From Prevotella sp. (GTDB lineage Bacteria > Bacteroidota > Bacteroidia > Bacteroidales > Bacteroidaceae), in the NCBI GenBank assembly GCA_024690505.1, contig JAILPA010000026.1, positions 8,036 through 72,035 of the forward strand: a DNA stretch of 64,000 nt, written 5' to 3'. Shown here in pieces: positions 38,113-48,121 of the stretch. The notes beneath the pieces were generated by a model. The model saw nothing but the letters and a program-made list of their open reading frames with translations. It made no database searches and was not told the DNA's origin. Positions within the stretch are counted from its first letter, which is position 1; each line of letters starts with the position of its first letter. The position numbers and the translations under genes were made by a program.

Positions 38113-38913
38113 ATGAAGATTGTATTTATAGGTGCTGGTCGTCTGGCCACACACTTTGCCCAGGCACTTCGCAATAAAGACAATATTATTGTGGCAGTCT
38201 ATAGTCGCACCCTACAGTCGGCTCGTGCCCTCTGTGCCATGGTGGGCGGCACCCCCACCGACAGCATTGCTGCCCTGCCCAGCGATGCCGATGCCTATAT
38301 CCTGGCCGTGAAGGACTCGGTGCTGCCCCAGCTCATTCCCCAACTGCAGCAGGGTAGGGAAGGGCGCCCTCTGTTCCATACTGCTGGCTCCGTACCCATG
38401 TCGGTCTTCGGCACTGAAGGTCTCCATGGCGTTATCTACCCAATGCAGACTTTCTCGAAGGAACGGCCTGTCGACTTTTCCCAGATCCCCGTATTCATAG
38501 AAGCTAACACCCCTGCCGCCCTCAGTGTGGCACGGAGCCTGGCGCAGTCGGTCAGCACCCGTGTCACCGAGCTCAGCAGCGACCAGCGCCGCTACCTCCA
38601 CCTGTCGGCCGTCTTCGCCTGTAACTTTGCCAACCACTGCTATGCCCTAGCTGCCCAGATACTCGAGCAGCACGGACTCTCGTTCGATGTCATGTTGCCC
38701 CTCATCGACGAGACGGCGGCCAAGGTTCACACCATGCATCCTGCCGATGCACAGACTGGCCCTGCCGTGCGCTTCGACGAGAACGTGATCAATGCCCACC
38801 TTCAGCTCCTCGACGTACAGCCCCGCCTTCAGGAAGTCTACTCCCTGTTGAGTTGCAGCATACACCAACTCACCAACCCACCAACCTACAGCCCCCTTCC
38901 CACCCATGATTAA
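38113..38913 (+). CDS. Rossmann-like + DUF2520 domain protein
   Basis: [41 protein letters not shown]. Confidence 0.88.
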   Translation: MKIVFIGAGRLATHFAQALRNKDNIIVAVYSRTLQSARALCAMVGGTPTDSIAALPSDADAYILAVKDSVLPQLIPQLQQGREGRPLFHTAGSVPMSVFGTEGLHGVIYPMQTFSKERPVDFSQIPVFIEANTPAALSVARSLAQSVSTRVTELSSDQRRYLHLSAVFACNFANHCYALAAQILEQHGLSFDVMLPLIDETAAKVHTMHPADAQTGPAVRFDENVINAHLQLLDVQPRLQEVYSLLSCSIHQLTNPPTYSPLPTHD

Positions 38914-39424
38914 CTACGACCTCACCAAAATCCGCGCCATCATCTTCGACGTTGACGGTGTACTTTCGGGCGAGACCATCCCACTTGCCCCCGACGGATT
39001 GCCCATGCGCACCGTCAACATAAAAGACGGCTATGCCCTGCAGCTCGCCGTGAAGCTGGGTCTCCGCATTGCCATCATCACCGGGGCCAATGTCCCCGCC
39101 ATCCGCATACGCTACGAGGGCCTGGGGCTTCACGACATCTTCACGGGCTGCTCCGTGAAGATACACACCTACGAAGAGTTCCTTGCGAAGTACGGTCTGC
39201 ACGACGACGAGGTGATGTATATGGGCGACGACGTGCCCGATCTCGAGGTGATGCGCCGTGTGGGCTGTCCTGTCTGTCCGTGTGACGCCTGCACCGAGGT
39301 GAAGGCCGCTAGCATCTACGTCAGCCACCTCCCTGGCGGTCACGGCTGCGGCCGCGATGTCATCGAGCAGACCCTGCGTGCCCAAGGCCTTTGGCAGATG
39401 AACGCCATTGCTTTCGGATGGTAA
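38906..39424 (+). CDS. kdsC: KDO 8-phosphate phosphatase (HAD IIIA)
   Basis: [30 protein letters not shown]. Confidence 0.88.
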   Translation: MINYDLTKIRAIIFDVDGVLSGETIPLAPDGLPMRTVNIKDGYALQLAVKLGLRIAIITGANVPAIRIRYEGLGLHDIFTGCSVKIHTYEEFLAKYGLHDDEVMYMGDDVPDLEVMRRVGCPVCPCDACTEVKAASIYVSHLPGGHGCGRDVIEQTLRAQGLWQMNAIAFGW

Positions 39425-39462
39425 GGAGAACAATACACTTATGATCCCCCCTCAATACTCCC

Positions 39463-40047
39463 ATGCTTAACAATCTGAATCATTACCACATCATCCTGGC
39501 CAGCAACTCCCCCCGCCGCCGCGAGCTGTTGGCCGGCCTCGGTATCCACTTCGATGTCCGCGTGCTCCCACATATCGACGAGAGCTATCCCGCAGACCTG
39601 CCGGCTCTTGAAACTGCCGAATACATTGCACGAAAGAAAGCCATCGCCTACAAAGCCACGATGCAGCCCGGCGAGCTCGTCATCACCGCCGACACCGTGG
39701 TCATTGTCGACACCCAGGTACTGGGTAAGCCCACCGATGTTGCCGATGCCGCCCGGATGCTGCGCCTGCTCAGCAACCGCACTCACCAGGTTGTCACTGG
39801 CGTTGGACTGCTCACCGCCACCACGCTGCGCACATTCTCCGTCACAACCCACGTCACATTCAAGGAGCTAACCACCGACGAGATAAACCACTACATCAGC
39901 GCCTACCGTCCCTTCGACAAGGCTGGCGCTTACGGCATTCAGGAGTGGATAGGCTACATAGGGGTCACTGGCCTTGAGGGCAGCTACTTCAACGTCATGG
40001 GGCTGCCTGTGCAGCGAATCTACACAGAGCTTGCCAAATTCTTCTAA
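39463..40047 (+). CDS. maf: Maf family nucleotide pyrophosphatase
   Basis: ILASNSPRRRELL, ADTVV, LGKP, DKAGAYGIQ, NVMGLP. Confidence 0.95.
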   Translation: MLNNLNHYHIILASNSPRRRELLAGLGIHFDVRVLPHIDESYPADLPALETAEYIARKKAIAYKATMQPGELVITADTVVIVDTQVLGKPTDVADAARMLRLLSNRTHQVVTGVGLLTATTLRTFSVTTHVTFKELTTDEINHYISAYRPFDKAGAYGIQEWIGYIGVTGLEGSYFNVMGLPVQRIYTELAKFF

Positions 40048-40069
40048 ATCAATCGTGATATATTGATTT

Positions 40070-40300
40070 TAAGATTGGGGTGGATTGTGAATTTTCTTTA
40101 CGTGGATAAATTTGTCATTAAGGAAAGTACCGCTTTGATGGTGGAAAAGTACCGTTATTTCACCCTTAAAGCTGTCCTTTTCCATCCTCAAAGCTATGCT
40201 TTTCCAAAATTCCCATTGCGAGGCGCTTTCAGTAAATTGGAATTTCCCTGACATTCTTTTGTCCCAATCAAGCTATTGCGATGTTTAGCGTAACAAATAA
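40070..40300 (+). mobile_element. Copy D of the MITE-like element (left end missing or degenerate)
   Basis: GGATTGTGAATTTTCTTTAC...AAGTACCGCTTTGA...AAAGCTGTCCTTTTCCATCCTCAAAGC...CCCAATCAAGCTATTGCGATGTTTAGCG. Confidence 0.75.
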
Positions 40301-40546
40301 CTATATATTATTAAACTTGAATTGTTATAAAAATACTCCCCCCCAAAACTCGAAATGTAAGTTCGTTTTTTTGTAAGTTTGTGGCTTTGTAAGAAGCCGT
40401 AGGTGGGGTCTTTATGAGGAATAAAGGCTCGGAGTGTTAAAAGGGAGTCGGTTGTGTTAAATTCCTTAAACAAATTAGGTTTGCGCGCGTACATTTAATA
40501 CCTTTGTATAGTCAAAAGCGCTAATACGAACTAATCTGCAAAACCT

Positions 40547-41995
40547 ATGAGAAAATGTCTTTTGTTGAGTCTCTTGACAGTAGCCGCCATATGCGGCACA
40601 CAAGCACAGACAGCACGGTCGTTCACAGTGAATATCAGCAGCGACGGAGCTGCTCGGATGACAGCCTATCTGCCAGAGCTCCCCATGGGCCGTGCCATAG
40701 TGGACTGCCCGGGAGGCGGCTACCAACACCTGGCAACACAACATGAAGGTCACGACTGGGCACCGTGGTTCAACCGTCAGGGCATCGCCTTCTTCGTGCT
40801 GGAATATCGTATGCCGAAGGGCAACCGCGACATCCCCCTGGGTGATGCTCAGCAGGCCATCCGCATGGTGCGCGACTCGGCAGAGGTGTGGGGCGTGAAC
40901 CCCTACGACGTGGGCATCATGGGCTTCTCGGCGGGCGGACACTTGGCGTCCGCTGTGTCGACTCATGCCCCGTTCGACTGTCGTCCCAACTTCTCTATAC
41001 TCTTCTATCCCGTCATTTCCATGGATCAGAAGGTGAGCCACAAAGGCTCGTGCCTGAACTTCCTGGGAGAGGAGGGAGCTAAGGTCGATGCGTTGGTGAA
41101 GGAGTGGAGCAGCGAGCGGGCGGTGCGCAGCCACTTGACGCCACCGGCCATCGTCCTCACCGCTAACGACGACCGCGTGGTGCCGCCGGTGACGAATGGC
41201 GTGGCCTACTATTCCGCCATGCGGCGTGCCGGCAACGACTGCTCTATGCATGTCTATCCCACGGGTGGCCACGGCTTCGGGTTCCGCGATTCGTGGGCCT
41301 TCCACGATCAGATGCTGCGCGACCTTGCGTCGTGGCTCAATGCTCACAGGGCACCGCAGCAGGATGCCATCCGCGTGGCCTGCATCGGCAATAGCATCAC
41401 CCACGGCTCGGGCATCGACATGCAGGAGCTGAACGCCTATCCCGCACAGCTGCAACGCCTGCTGGGAAGCGGCTACCATGTACGCAACTTCGGAGTGGGC
41501 GGACGCACCATGCTGCAGAAAGGCGACCACCCCTACATGCAGGAACTGGCCTGGGACGATGCCCGGATGTTCCACCCCGATATTGTAGTGATCAAGCTGG
41601 GAACTAACGATGCCAAAGACTACAATTGGAACCCCAACAAGCAAGACTATGAAGGCGACATGCAGACCATGATTGATGCCCTGCGCCCTATGGTGCCGAA
41701 GCTCGACAAGCGCGGGCGGCCCACGAAGAAGCTGGTGAGGGCCGACAAGCCAGCCATCTACCTCTGCACACCCGTCAAGCCCTTCCGCGACAAGTGGGGC
41801 ATCACCGATTCCGTGGTAGTCAATGAGGTGATACCTGCCATTCGTCGTGTGGCCGAGCGCAACGGTCTGCCCGTCATCAACCTTTATCCCGTCATTACCG
41901 ATGCCAGCGACATGACCAGCGATATGATTCACCCCAACGAGAAGGGAGCGGCCAAGATGGCCAAGGCTGTGTATGAGGCTATCAAGTCAGAGTAA
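40547..41995 (+). CDS. Bifunctional esterase: alpha/beta hydrolase (BD-FAE-like) + SGNH/GDSL domain
   Basis: CPGGGY, GFSAGGH, GGHGFG; then CIGNSIT, KLGTND, DMIHPN. Confidence 0.88.
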   Translation: MRKCLLLSLLTVAAICGTQAQTARSFTVNISSDGAARMTAYLPELPMGRAIVDCPGGGYQHLATQHEGHDWAPWFNRQGIAFFVLEYRMPKGNRDIPLGDAQQAIRMVRDSAEVWGVNPYDVGIMGFSAGGHLASAVSTHAPFDCRPNFSILFYPVISMDQKVSHKGSCLNFLGEEGAKVDALVKEWSSERAVRSHLTPPAIVLTANDDRVVPPVTNGVAYYSAMRRAGNDCSMHVYPTGGHGFGFRDSWAFHDQMLRDLASWLNAHRAPQQDAIRVACIGNSITHGSGIDMQELNAYPAQLQRLLGSGYHVRNFGVGGRTMLQKGDHPYMQELAWDDARMFHPDIVVIKLGTNDAKDYNWNPNKQDYEGDMQTMIDALRPMVPKLDKRGRPTKKLVRADKPAIYLCTPVKPFRDKWGITDSVVVNEVIPAIRRVAERNGLPVINLYPVITDASDMTSDMIHPNEKGAAKMAKAVYEAIKSE

Positions 41996-42016
41996 CATAT
42001 CACACCCTGTAGCCCA

Positions 42017-44248
42017 ATGAAGCACCTATTTTTCACCGTCTACTCTTTACTTTTCACTTTTCACTTTTCACTCCTCTGCCTGCTGTGCTGCTTTTCCTTG
42101 GCTACACAAGCTCAGACCGACACCCCGCAAGAGCGTGCACTCTGGGCCAGCATCAATGGCGCTAAGAACGCATCGCTTGGCGACTATCAGCAGCATACAG
42201 GTAAGGTGCTCGTGTCGTGGCGTATGCTCCCTGACGACGATGTCGACACAGGCTTCGACCTCTACCGAGCCATCGGAACGGCTGCAGAGCGGAAGATTGC
42301 CTCCGACATCAAGAACCGCACCTGCTATCAGGACACCGGTGCCAGCACTTCCGCTGACAACGTGTATCGCCTGACCTACGCCGGCAGCACCCAGACCCTC
42401 GCTACCTTCACACTGACGAAGGAACGGGTGACAGGCGGACTGCCATATATCACCATCGCACTGAAGGACACCAAGGACGTCAGCACCTATTCCGATATCG
42501 TCTACCAGGCCAATGACTGCTCGGTGGGCGACCTTGACGGCGACGGATCACCCGAGGTGGTGGTGAAGCGGCTCCTCACCATCCTCAATTCCGACGGCAC
42601 GGTGCTCAGTGACGGCACTGGAGGCGGCGATTCCGACACCCGTGCCCGGCACTGTGTCGTCTGGGATGCCTACAAGCTCGATGGCACATTCCTCTGGCGG
42701 GTGAAGTCGGGCCCCAACATCATACTGGGCAATAGTTCCAACTTCGCCGTGGCCGACCTCGACGGTGACGGCTGTGCTGAGGTGGTGACGAAGACTGGTG
42801 AGGGAACCATCTTCGGTGACGGCTATGAGATTCCCGATACCGATGGTGACGGCATCACCGACTATCGGAGCATCTGGCCGGCCGGCCATTACATCGGCGA
42901 CGGTCCCAAGGGCTATGGTGGCCCCGAGTTCTTCTCGGTCATCGATGGACGTACAGGTCGTGAACTGGCCCGAGCACCTTTCATCGCCCGAGGCCCTGAG
43001 GGGCAGACCCCAGCCGAATGGGCTGCCAACTGGTACCAGAACGACTGGACGTGGGACCCTCGTGAGAAGAAATACCAGTGGAAACTGGCCAACTCCTTTC
43101 GCCTCGCAGTGGCATCCTTCGACGGCGTGAAGAACCAGCTCTTCCTCGGACGTGGCGTCTATGGCAAAACCATCGCCGAAGGGTGGGACTACAGCGTGAA
43201 CAACGGCACACCCCAGTTGACCCGCCTCTGGCATTTCGATACAGATACCCCCGGCGGTTCCGATATCAACAAAGACGGCCAACCTAACAGTGCCTACGCC
43301 AGCCAGGGCAACCACTCGCTCAACGTGGCCGACCTCGATGGCGACGGTTGCGATGAGGTGATGTATGGTTCGTGTGCCTTCGATGACGACGGCACAGGCC
43401 TCTGGACTACACGTTTGGGCCACGGCGATGCCAACCACGTGGGCAAGTTCTTGCCACAGCGCGACGGCCTGCAGGTGTTCCACTGTCTCGAGACAGGGAA
43501 GACTATGGTAGCACTCCATGATGCCCGCGACGGCAGCGTCATCTGGCAGAAAGATGCCGCCAACGATAACGATATGGGCCGCTGCATGGTGGCCGACCTA
43601 TTCCCCCAATATGCTGGCTGCGAGTTTTTCTACTACCAGAGCAACTACATTCTTCAAGACGGTACCGAGACCACCATCAGCTCCAAGGGACAGAAAGGCG
43701 GCTGCAGTATGGGTATCTGGTTTGATGGTTCTCTCTCGCGACAGCTCATTGAGGACAACATCATTCAGAGCATGGTTGGCGGGCGCACCTTCACCATGTA
43801 CCGCTATGACGAGTCGTTCAACAACGGTACCAAGTCGAATCCCGGATGGTATGGCGACCTCCTGGGTGATTGGCGCGAGGAGGTCATCGTGCCCGATCAG
43901 ACAAAGCTGAAGGACATCAAGGTCTTTGCCACCTGGTACCCCACAACACACAAGTTCCCCTGGCTCTTCACCGACCACACTTACCACATGTCCGCCCTCA
44001 ACCAGAACGTAGGCTACAACCAGCCCACCAACCTGGGATATTACCTTGGCACTGACCTCACCAGCGACGCCGAAGCATGGCAGGCAGCAGCATCACTCCG
44101 TCAGCAGTCTACAGCCATTCAGCCGTTGCCCACCATCGTCCAGACCGACGATGCTTGGTACAATCTCCACGGCATGAAGGTACAGACGCCCACCCACGGA
44201 CTCTATATCCATCGGGGGAAACTCGTTATAATGAGGAATGAGAAATGA
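42017..44248 (+). CDS. Rhamnogalacturonan lyase (PL11, YesW-like) with T9SS-type C-terminal tail
   Basis: VLVSWRML, YQANDCSVGDLDGDG, QGNHSLNVADLDGDGCDE, GHGDANH, GDWREE, NVGYNQP; tail WYNLHG...GLYIHRGKLVI. Confidence 0.9.
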   Translation: MKHLFFTVYSLLFTFHFSLLCLLCCFSLATQAQTDTPQERALWASINGAKNASLGDYQQHTGKVLVSWRMLPDDDVDTGFDLYRAIGTAAERKIASDIKNRTCYQDTGASTSADNVYRLTYAGSTQTLATFTLTKERVTGGLPYITIALKDTKDVSTYSDIVYQANDCSVGDLDGDGSPEVVVKRLLTILNSDGTVLSDGTGGGDSDTRARHCVVWDAYKLDGTFLWRVKSGPNIILGNSSNFAVADLDGDGCAEVVTKTGEGTIFGDGYEIPDTDGDGITDYRSIWPAGHYIGDGPKGYGGPEFFSVIDGRTGRELARAPFIARGPEGQTPAEWAANWYQNDWTWDPREKKYQWKLANSFRLAVASFDGVKNQLFLGRGVYGKTIAEGWDYSVNNGTPQLTRLWHFDTDTPGGSDINKDGQPNSAYASQGNHSLNVADLDGDGCDEVMYGSCAFDDDGTGLWTTRLGHGDANHVGKFLPQRDGLQVFHCLETGKTMVALHDARDGSVIWQKDAANDNDMGRCMVADLFPQYAGCEFFYYQSNYILQDGTETTISSKGQKGGCSMGIWFDGSLSRQLIEDNIIQSMVGGRTFTMYRYDESFNNGTKSNPGWYGDLLGDWREEVIVPDQTKLKDIKVFATWYPTTHKFPWLFTDHTYHMSALNQNVGYNQPTNLGYYLGTDLTSDAEAWQAAASLRQQSTAIQPLPTIVQTDDAWYNLHGMKVQTPTHGLYIHRGKLVIMRNEK

Positions 44249-44261
44249 GAATGCCGCGTGT

Positions 44262-44333
44262 CTCACCTCCAACAAAGGAGGGGAGACGGGCGTCGGGATT
44301 CTGAGTAAATGAGTAAATGAGTAAATGAGAAAT
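44262..44333 (+). repeat. 5'-UTR composite repeat, copy before the GH28 gene
   Basis: CCTCC-AACAAA-GGAGG GG AGACGGGC GTC GGGATTCTGAG TAAATGAG TAAATGAG TAAATGAG AAAT. Confidence 0.7.
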
Positions 44334-44336
44334 ACC

Positions 44337-45842
44337 ATGCAACGACAAATGTTCATAGCCCTGCTCTTCCTGAGCATAATGCCCTCATGGGCAGCAAACG
44401 GAGTGTATAACGTTCTCGACTACGGTGCCAAAGGCGATGGCAAGACCCTCGACTCACCAGCCATCAACGCCGCTATCGATGCCGCCGTCAGCGATGGTGG
44501 CGGACAGGTGCTGCTGCCGGCAGGCACATACCTCAGCGGCAGCATACGTTTGAAGTCAAACATCGACCTGCACCTGGCAGCTGGATGCACCATCCTCGCG
44601 GCACCTGCCTCCATGAAAGCCTACGACGAGAGCGAGTCCTTTGGCGGATTCCCCGAGTACCAGGACGGCGGTCACACCTACTTCCACAACTCCCTTATCT
44701 GGGCTGAAGGACAGACCAACATCTCCATCACTGGCCACGGTATGATTGACGGCAAGGGCCTTACCCGCAAAGACACCGAGAGAGCAGGACAGGTGCAGGG
44801 AGGCTCCATTGGCACCGGCGACAAAGCCATTGCCCTGAAGCTCTGCCGACAGGTCACACTCCGCGACATCACGATTTACCGCGGCGGACACTTCGCCATC
44901 ATTATGACCGGCTGCCAGCTCGGAACAGTCGACAACGTTACCATCGACACCAACCGCGACGGCTTCGACATAGACTGCTGCAAATACCTCACCATCACCA
45001 ACTGCCGCATCAACACTCCCAGCGACGATGCCCTCGTCCTCAAGTCAAGCTACGCCCTCAAGCTGCCAGTCCTCTGCGAGCATATTGCCATCTCCAACTG
45101 CAACATCACTGGCTACAAACTTGGCACACTTCTAGATGGCACTTATGTACCCGAGACAGTGGGATGGGTCTGCGGACGCTTCAAGCTCGGCACAGAGAGC
45201 AATGGTGGCTACCGAAACATCGCACTCACCAACTGCACCTTCGCCTACTCTTCAGGACTCGCCTTTGAAGAGGTAGACCAGGGGCGCATGGAGAATATCG
45301 TCGTCAGTAACATCACCATGAGCCATGTACACCACTATCCCATCTACATCACCACCGGCTGCCGAAACCGAGGCCCCAAGGAAATAGCAGTGGAAGAGGC
45401 TGACGGTGGCGTCACTTTCAAAGAACTCACACGCCCCAGCAGTGCATGCGACATACTCATCTCCAACGTCGTGGCTGACCACTGCGACTCCCTCTGCAGC
45501 ATCATTGTCACAGGCATGAAGGAAGAACCCTTGCGCAACGTCTGGCTTTCCAACATTCACCTCACTTTCGCTGGCGGCGGCACCCGCGACCTCGTCAGCA
45601 AAGACTACCGCGAGCAGGGCACCAACTACCCAGAGCCAAAGTTTGCCGGATGGACACCCGCCTACGGCCTCTATGCCAGGCACGTCGACGGACTCCACGT
45701 CAGCGATGTCTCATTTAGCTACGGACGGCCCGACTACCGGCCAGCCATCGTTCTCGATGACGTTCGGAATGCTACCCTCACACACCTCAATGCACCCACA
45801 GAAGAAGGCATAGAGCAGGTGGTGCGTTTCAGGTGCGAGTGA
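44337..45842 (+). CDS. Glycoside hydrolase family 28 (polygalacturonase/rhamnogalacturonase-like)
   Basis: NVLDYGAKGDG, PAGTYLSGSI.LKS, NRDGFD, SDDAL.LKS, KLGTES. Confidence 0.9.
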   Translation: MQRQMFIALLFLSIMPSWAANGVYNVLDYGAKGDGKTLDSPAINAAIDAAVSDGGGQVLLPAGTYLSGSIRLKSNIDLHLAAGCTILAAPASMKAYDESESFGGFPEYQDGGHTYFHNSLIWAEGQTNISITGHGMIDGKGLTRKDTERAGQVQGGSIGTGDKAIALKLCRQVTLRDITIYRGGHFAIIMTGCQLGTVDNVTIDTNRDGFDIDCCKYLTITNCRINTPSDDALVLKSSYALKLPVLCEHIAISNCNITGYKLGTLLDGTYVPETVGWVCGRFKLGTESNGGYRNIALTNCTFAYSSGLAFEEVDQGRMENIVVSNITMSHVHHYPIYITTGCRNRGPKEIAVEEADGGVTFKELTRPSSACDILISNVVADHCDSLCSIIVTGMKEEPLRNVWLSNIHLTFAGGGTRDLVSKDYREQGTNYPEPKFAGWTPAYGLYARHVDGLHVSDVSFSYGRPDYRPAIVLDDVRNATLTHLNAPTEEGIEQVVRFRCE

Positions 45843-45994
45843 GCTTCTCAATTAAGGCATTCCCAAAGTAAAAAAATGTCACAGCAGGGCAGAGCCTGAC
45901 TGGCAGGCAACTTTTTGGGAAAATAGTTACCATAAGTGTTGTCAATATTGTGAAAAAGTAGTATATTTGCAGACGAAATAAATATATTGTTGGC

Positions 45995-48070
45995 ATGATA
46001 AAACCGAGACTTATATGTTCTCCAGTCTTGATGGCATTCGTCTTGCTCTTGCTTGCACTGCCCCTGCTGACGGGGTGCGGTGGCGATGCAGGGAATGCGA
46101 CACGGCCCGAGGCGGAGCGCATGATGGATGCTGTGAGTAGTGAGAGAGACTACAACCGTCTGCTGGCATTGGCCGACAGTCTGGAGAAGACTGGCGACTT
46201 GAGCGAGGCTGACAGCTACTTTTGGCAGGGCTTTGCCTACTATCGCATGATGCAGCGGCGAACGGCGGAGTTCTGCTGGAAAGAGTCAATTAATGCTGTT
46301 GAGAATGCTGACGACGCTGCCTCGCTGACCACGTATACCCGTTCGGTCAGCTATCTGGCTGGACTGTATATCCGCTATCTGAATTTCTCCAGTGCACTGA
46401 AGATGCTAAAACCAGCCTTGACGAGGCTTGACAAACATGGCTTCACGGCATCGGGCGACTATACGAACTTGCTCATCTTCGAAGGCTGCTGTCAGGCCCA
46501 CTTCAACGCCAAGGACTCGCTCGTGAACGAGCTCTTCGAGAAAGCCTATCATCGGCACTTAGACCATATTGGCGCTGAACACTCGAAGGAGGCGTATCGC
46601 AATGCTGTGGTTGGATTTATCAACATTACCTATGGCTGGCTGAGCGAGAAACGCTATGACCAGGGCCTTATGTGGAATGACCGCTTGGGCCGACTATTAG
46701 AAGACTATAAGCAGCGATATGCCGATGATGAGGCATATATCGACAAACAGTGGGCGCGATATAAGATTTTCATGGCCATCGGTCTTGAGGGGCTCGGAAG
46801 GCAGGTGGAAGCAGCGGAGGCTTTTGCAGAGTACCAGCAGACACACTTTGCCAACAGTTTAGAGGGAAAACTGGATGCCAGCGACTATCTGTCGATGTCG
46901 GGAAATTGGAAGGAGGCTGCCGACAACCTGCACCATCTGGACGAGGTGTTTGTCAAAGAGCAGGTGGTCTTCTCGATGGAGGAAATCCAGAAGTTCCTGC
47001 TGAAGAAGTATCATGTGAATGCCATGGCTGGCTTCGTCGACACGGCTAATGCCGTGGCAAACCAGATATGCCAGCGACTCGACTCAGCCATCATCAGGTC
47101 GCAATTGGAGGATGCCGAGGAGCAGGAGACGATACGCATGAAGGAAGAGCAGATACTGCATCAGCAGGAAAGGTTGTCTCGGGGCCGCATGATAGGCCTC
47201 GCGGCTGCTTTCATCCTGATTAGCATCTCGTTCACTATCTATACCATTGTGCGCCAACGGGCCCAGCGCCGGCTGTCTCGTGCGCACGAGGAGTTGAAGA
47301 CGGCCTACGGGCAGCTGGAGGAGGCTACCACTGTGAAGGAACGTATGGAGAGTGAGCTGCGCATTGCCCGAGACATACAGATGTCGATGGTGCCCACGGT
47401 AACGCCTGACTATGAGGGGCTGGACATTTTTGCCTCGATGATGCCTGCCAGAGAGGTGGGCGGCGACCTTTACGGCTATCTGCTTAGCAACCATCAGCTT
47501 TACTTCTGCATTGGCGACGTCAGCGGAAAGGGCGTGCCCGCATCGCTGTTCATGGCTCAGGCCATACGCCTTTTCCATGCCTTGGCCACGCAGGACATGA
47601 GCCCCGCCATGATTGCCACAAGCATGAATGCAGAGCTGGCTGAGAACAACGAGCAGAGCATGTTTGTCACCATGATCATCTGTAGGCTCAACCTGAAACT
47701 GAAACTGCTGGAATACTGTAATGCCGGTCATAATCCGCCAGTCATAGGCAACGAAGACGGTCAGTTCTCGTTCCTCGATATGGAGCCCAACGCTCCCATT
47801 GGCTTGTGGCCTGGACTGGAATATCAGGGTGAGACGATAGAATACTTCAACGACCGCCTTTTGCTGCTCTATACAGACGGGTTGAACGAGGCTGAGGACC
47901 CAAAGCAGGAGCAGTTTGGCGAGGAGCGTATCATCAAGATTCTGTCGGCTATGCCATCGAGCACAACCCATGACATCGTAGAGGCTCTGCAGAGCGAAGT
48001 GAAACACTTCCGCAACGGTGCCGAGCCCAACGATGACCTCACCATGTTGTGCCTGAAAATGATGAAATGA
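45995..48070 (+). CDS. Membrane-anchored SpoIIE/RsbU-type PP2C phosphatase with helical extracytoplasmic domain
   Basis: ELRIARDIQ, EVGGDLY, IGDVSGKGVPA, MFVT, NAGH, YTDGLNE, DDLT; TM near aa 400-420. Confidence 0.9.
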   Translation: MIKPRLICSPVLMAFVLLLLALPLLTGCGGDAGNATRPEAERMMDAVSSERDYNRLLALADSLEKTGDLSEADSYFWQGFAYYRMMQRRTAEFCWKESINAVENADDAASLTTYTRSVSYLAGLYIRYLNFSSALKMLKPALTRLDKHGFTASGDYTNLLIFEGCCQAHFNAKDSLVNELFEKAYHRHLDHIGAEHSKEAYRNAVVGFINITYGWLSEKRYDQGLMWNDRLGRLLEDYKQRYADDEAYIDKQWARYKIFMAIGLEGLGRQVEAAEAFAEYQQTHFANSLEGKLDASDYLSMSGNWKEAADNLHHLDEVFVKEQVVFSMEEIQKFLLKKYHVNAMAGFVDTANAVANQICQRLDSAIIRSQLEDAEEQETIRMKEEQILHQQERLSRGRMIGLAAAFILISISFTIYTIVRQRAQRRLSRAHEELKTAYGQLEEATTVKERMESELRIARDIQMSMVPTVTPDYEGLDIFASMMPAREVGGDLYGYLLSNHQLYFCIGDVSGKGVPASLFMAQAIRLFHALATQDMSPAMIATSMNAELAENNEQSMFVTMIICRLNLKLKLLEYCNAGHNPPVIGNEDGQFSFLDMEPNAPIGLWPGLEYQGETIEYFNDRLLLLYTDGLNEAEDPKQEQFGEERIIKILSAMPSSTTHDIVEALQSEVKHFRNGAEPNDDLTMLCLKMMK

Positions 48071-48071
48071 G

Positions 48072-48111
48072 TTATCCGTTCATCGACATCAGGAACTCGG
48101 CATTGTCCTTG
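48072..48111 (-). repeat. Exact 40-bp duplicate of the rho 3' end (att-like direct repeat, distal copy)
   Basis: TTATCCGTTCATCGACATCAGGAACTCGGCATTGTCCTTG is identical to 51914-51953. Confidence 0.95.
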
Positions 48112-48121
48112 TGAGCCCGTT

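Noticed and set aside
40475-41932. 485-aa antisense ORF, and similar ones at 12489-13571, 29363-30268, 30259-31176, 42548-43519 and 47084-48007
   Set aside because: These are shadow ORFs opposite well-supported genes, expected from GC-rich third codon positions; they have no recognisable motifs.
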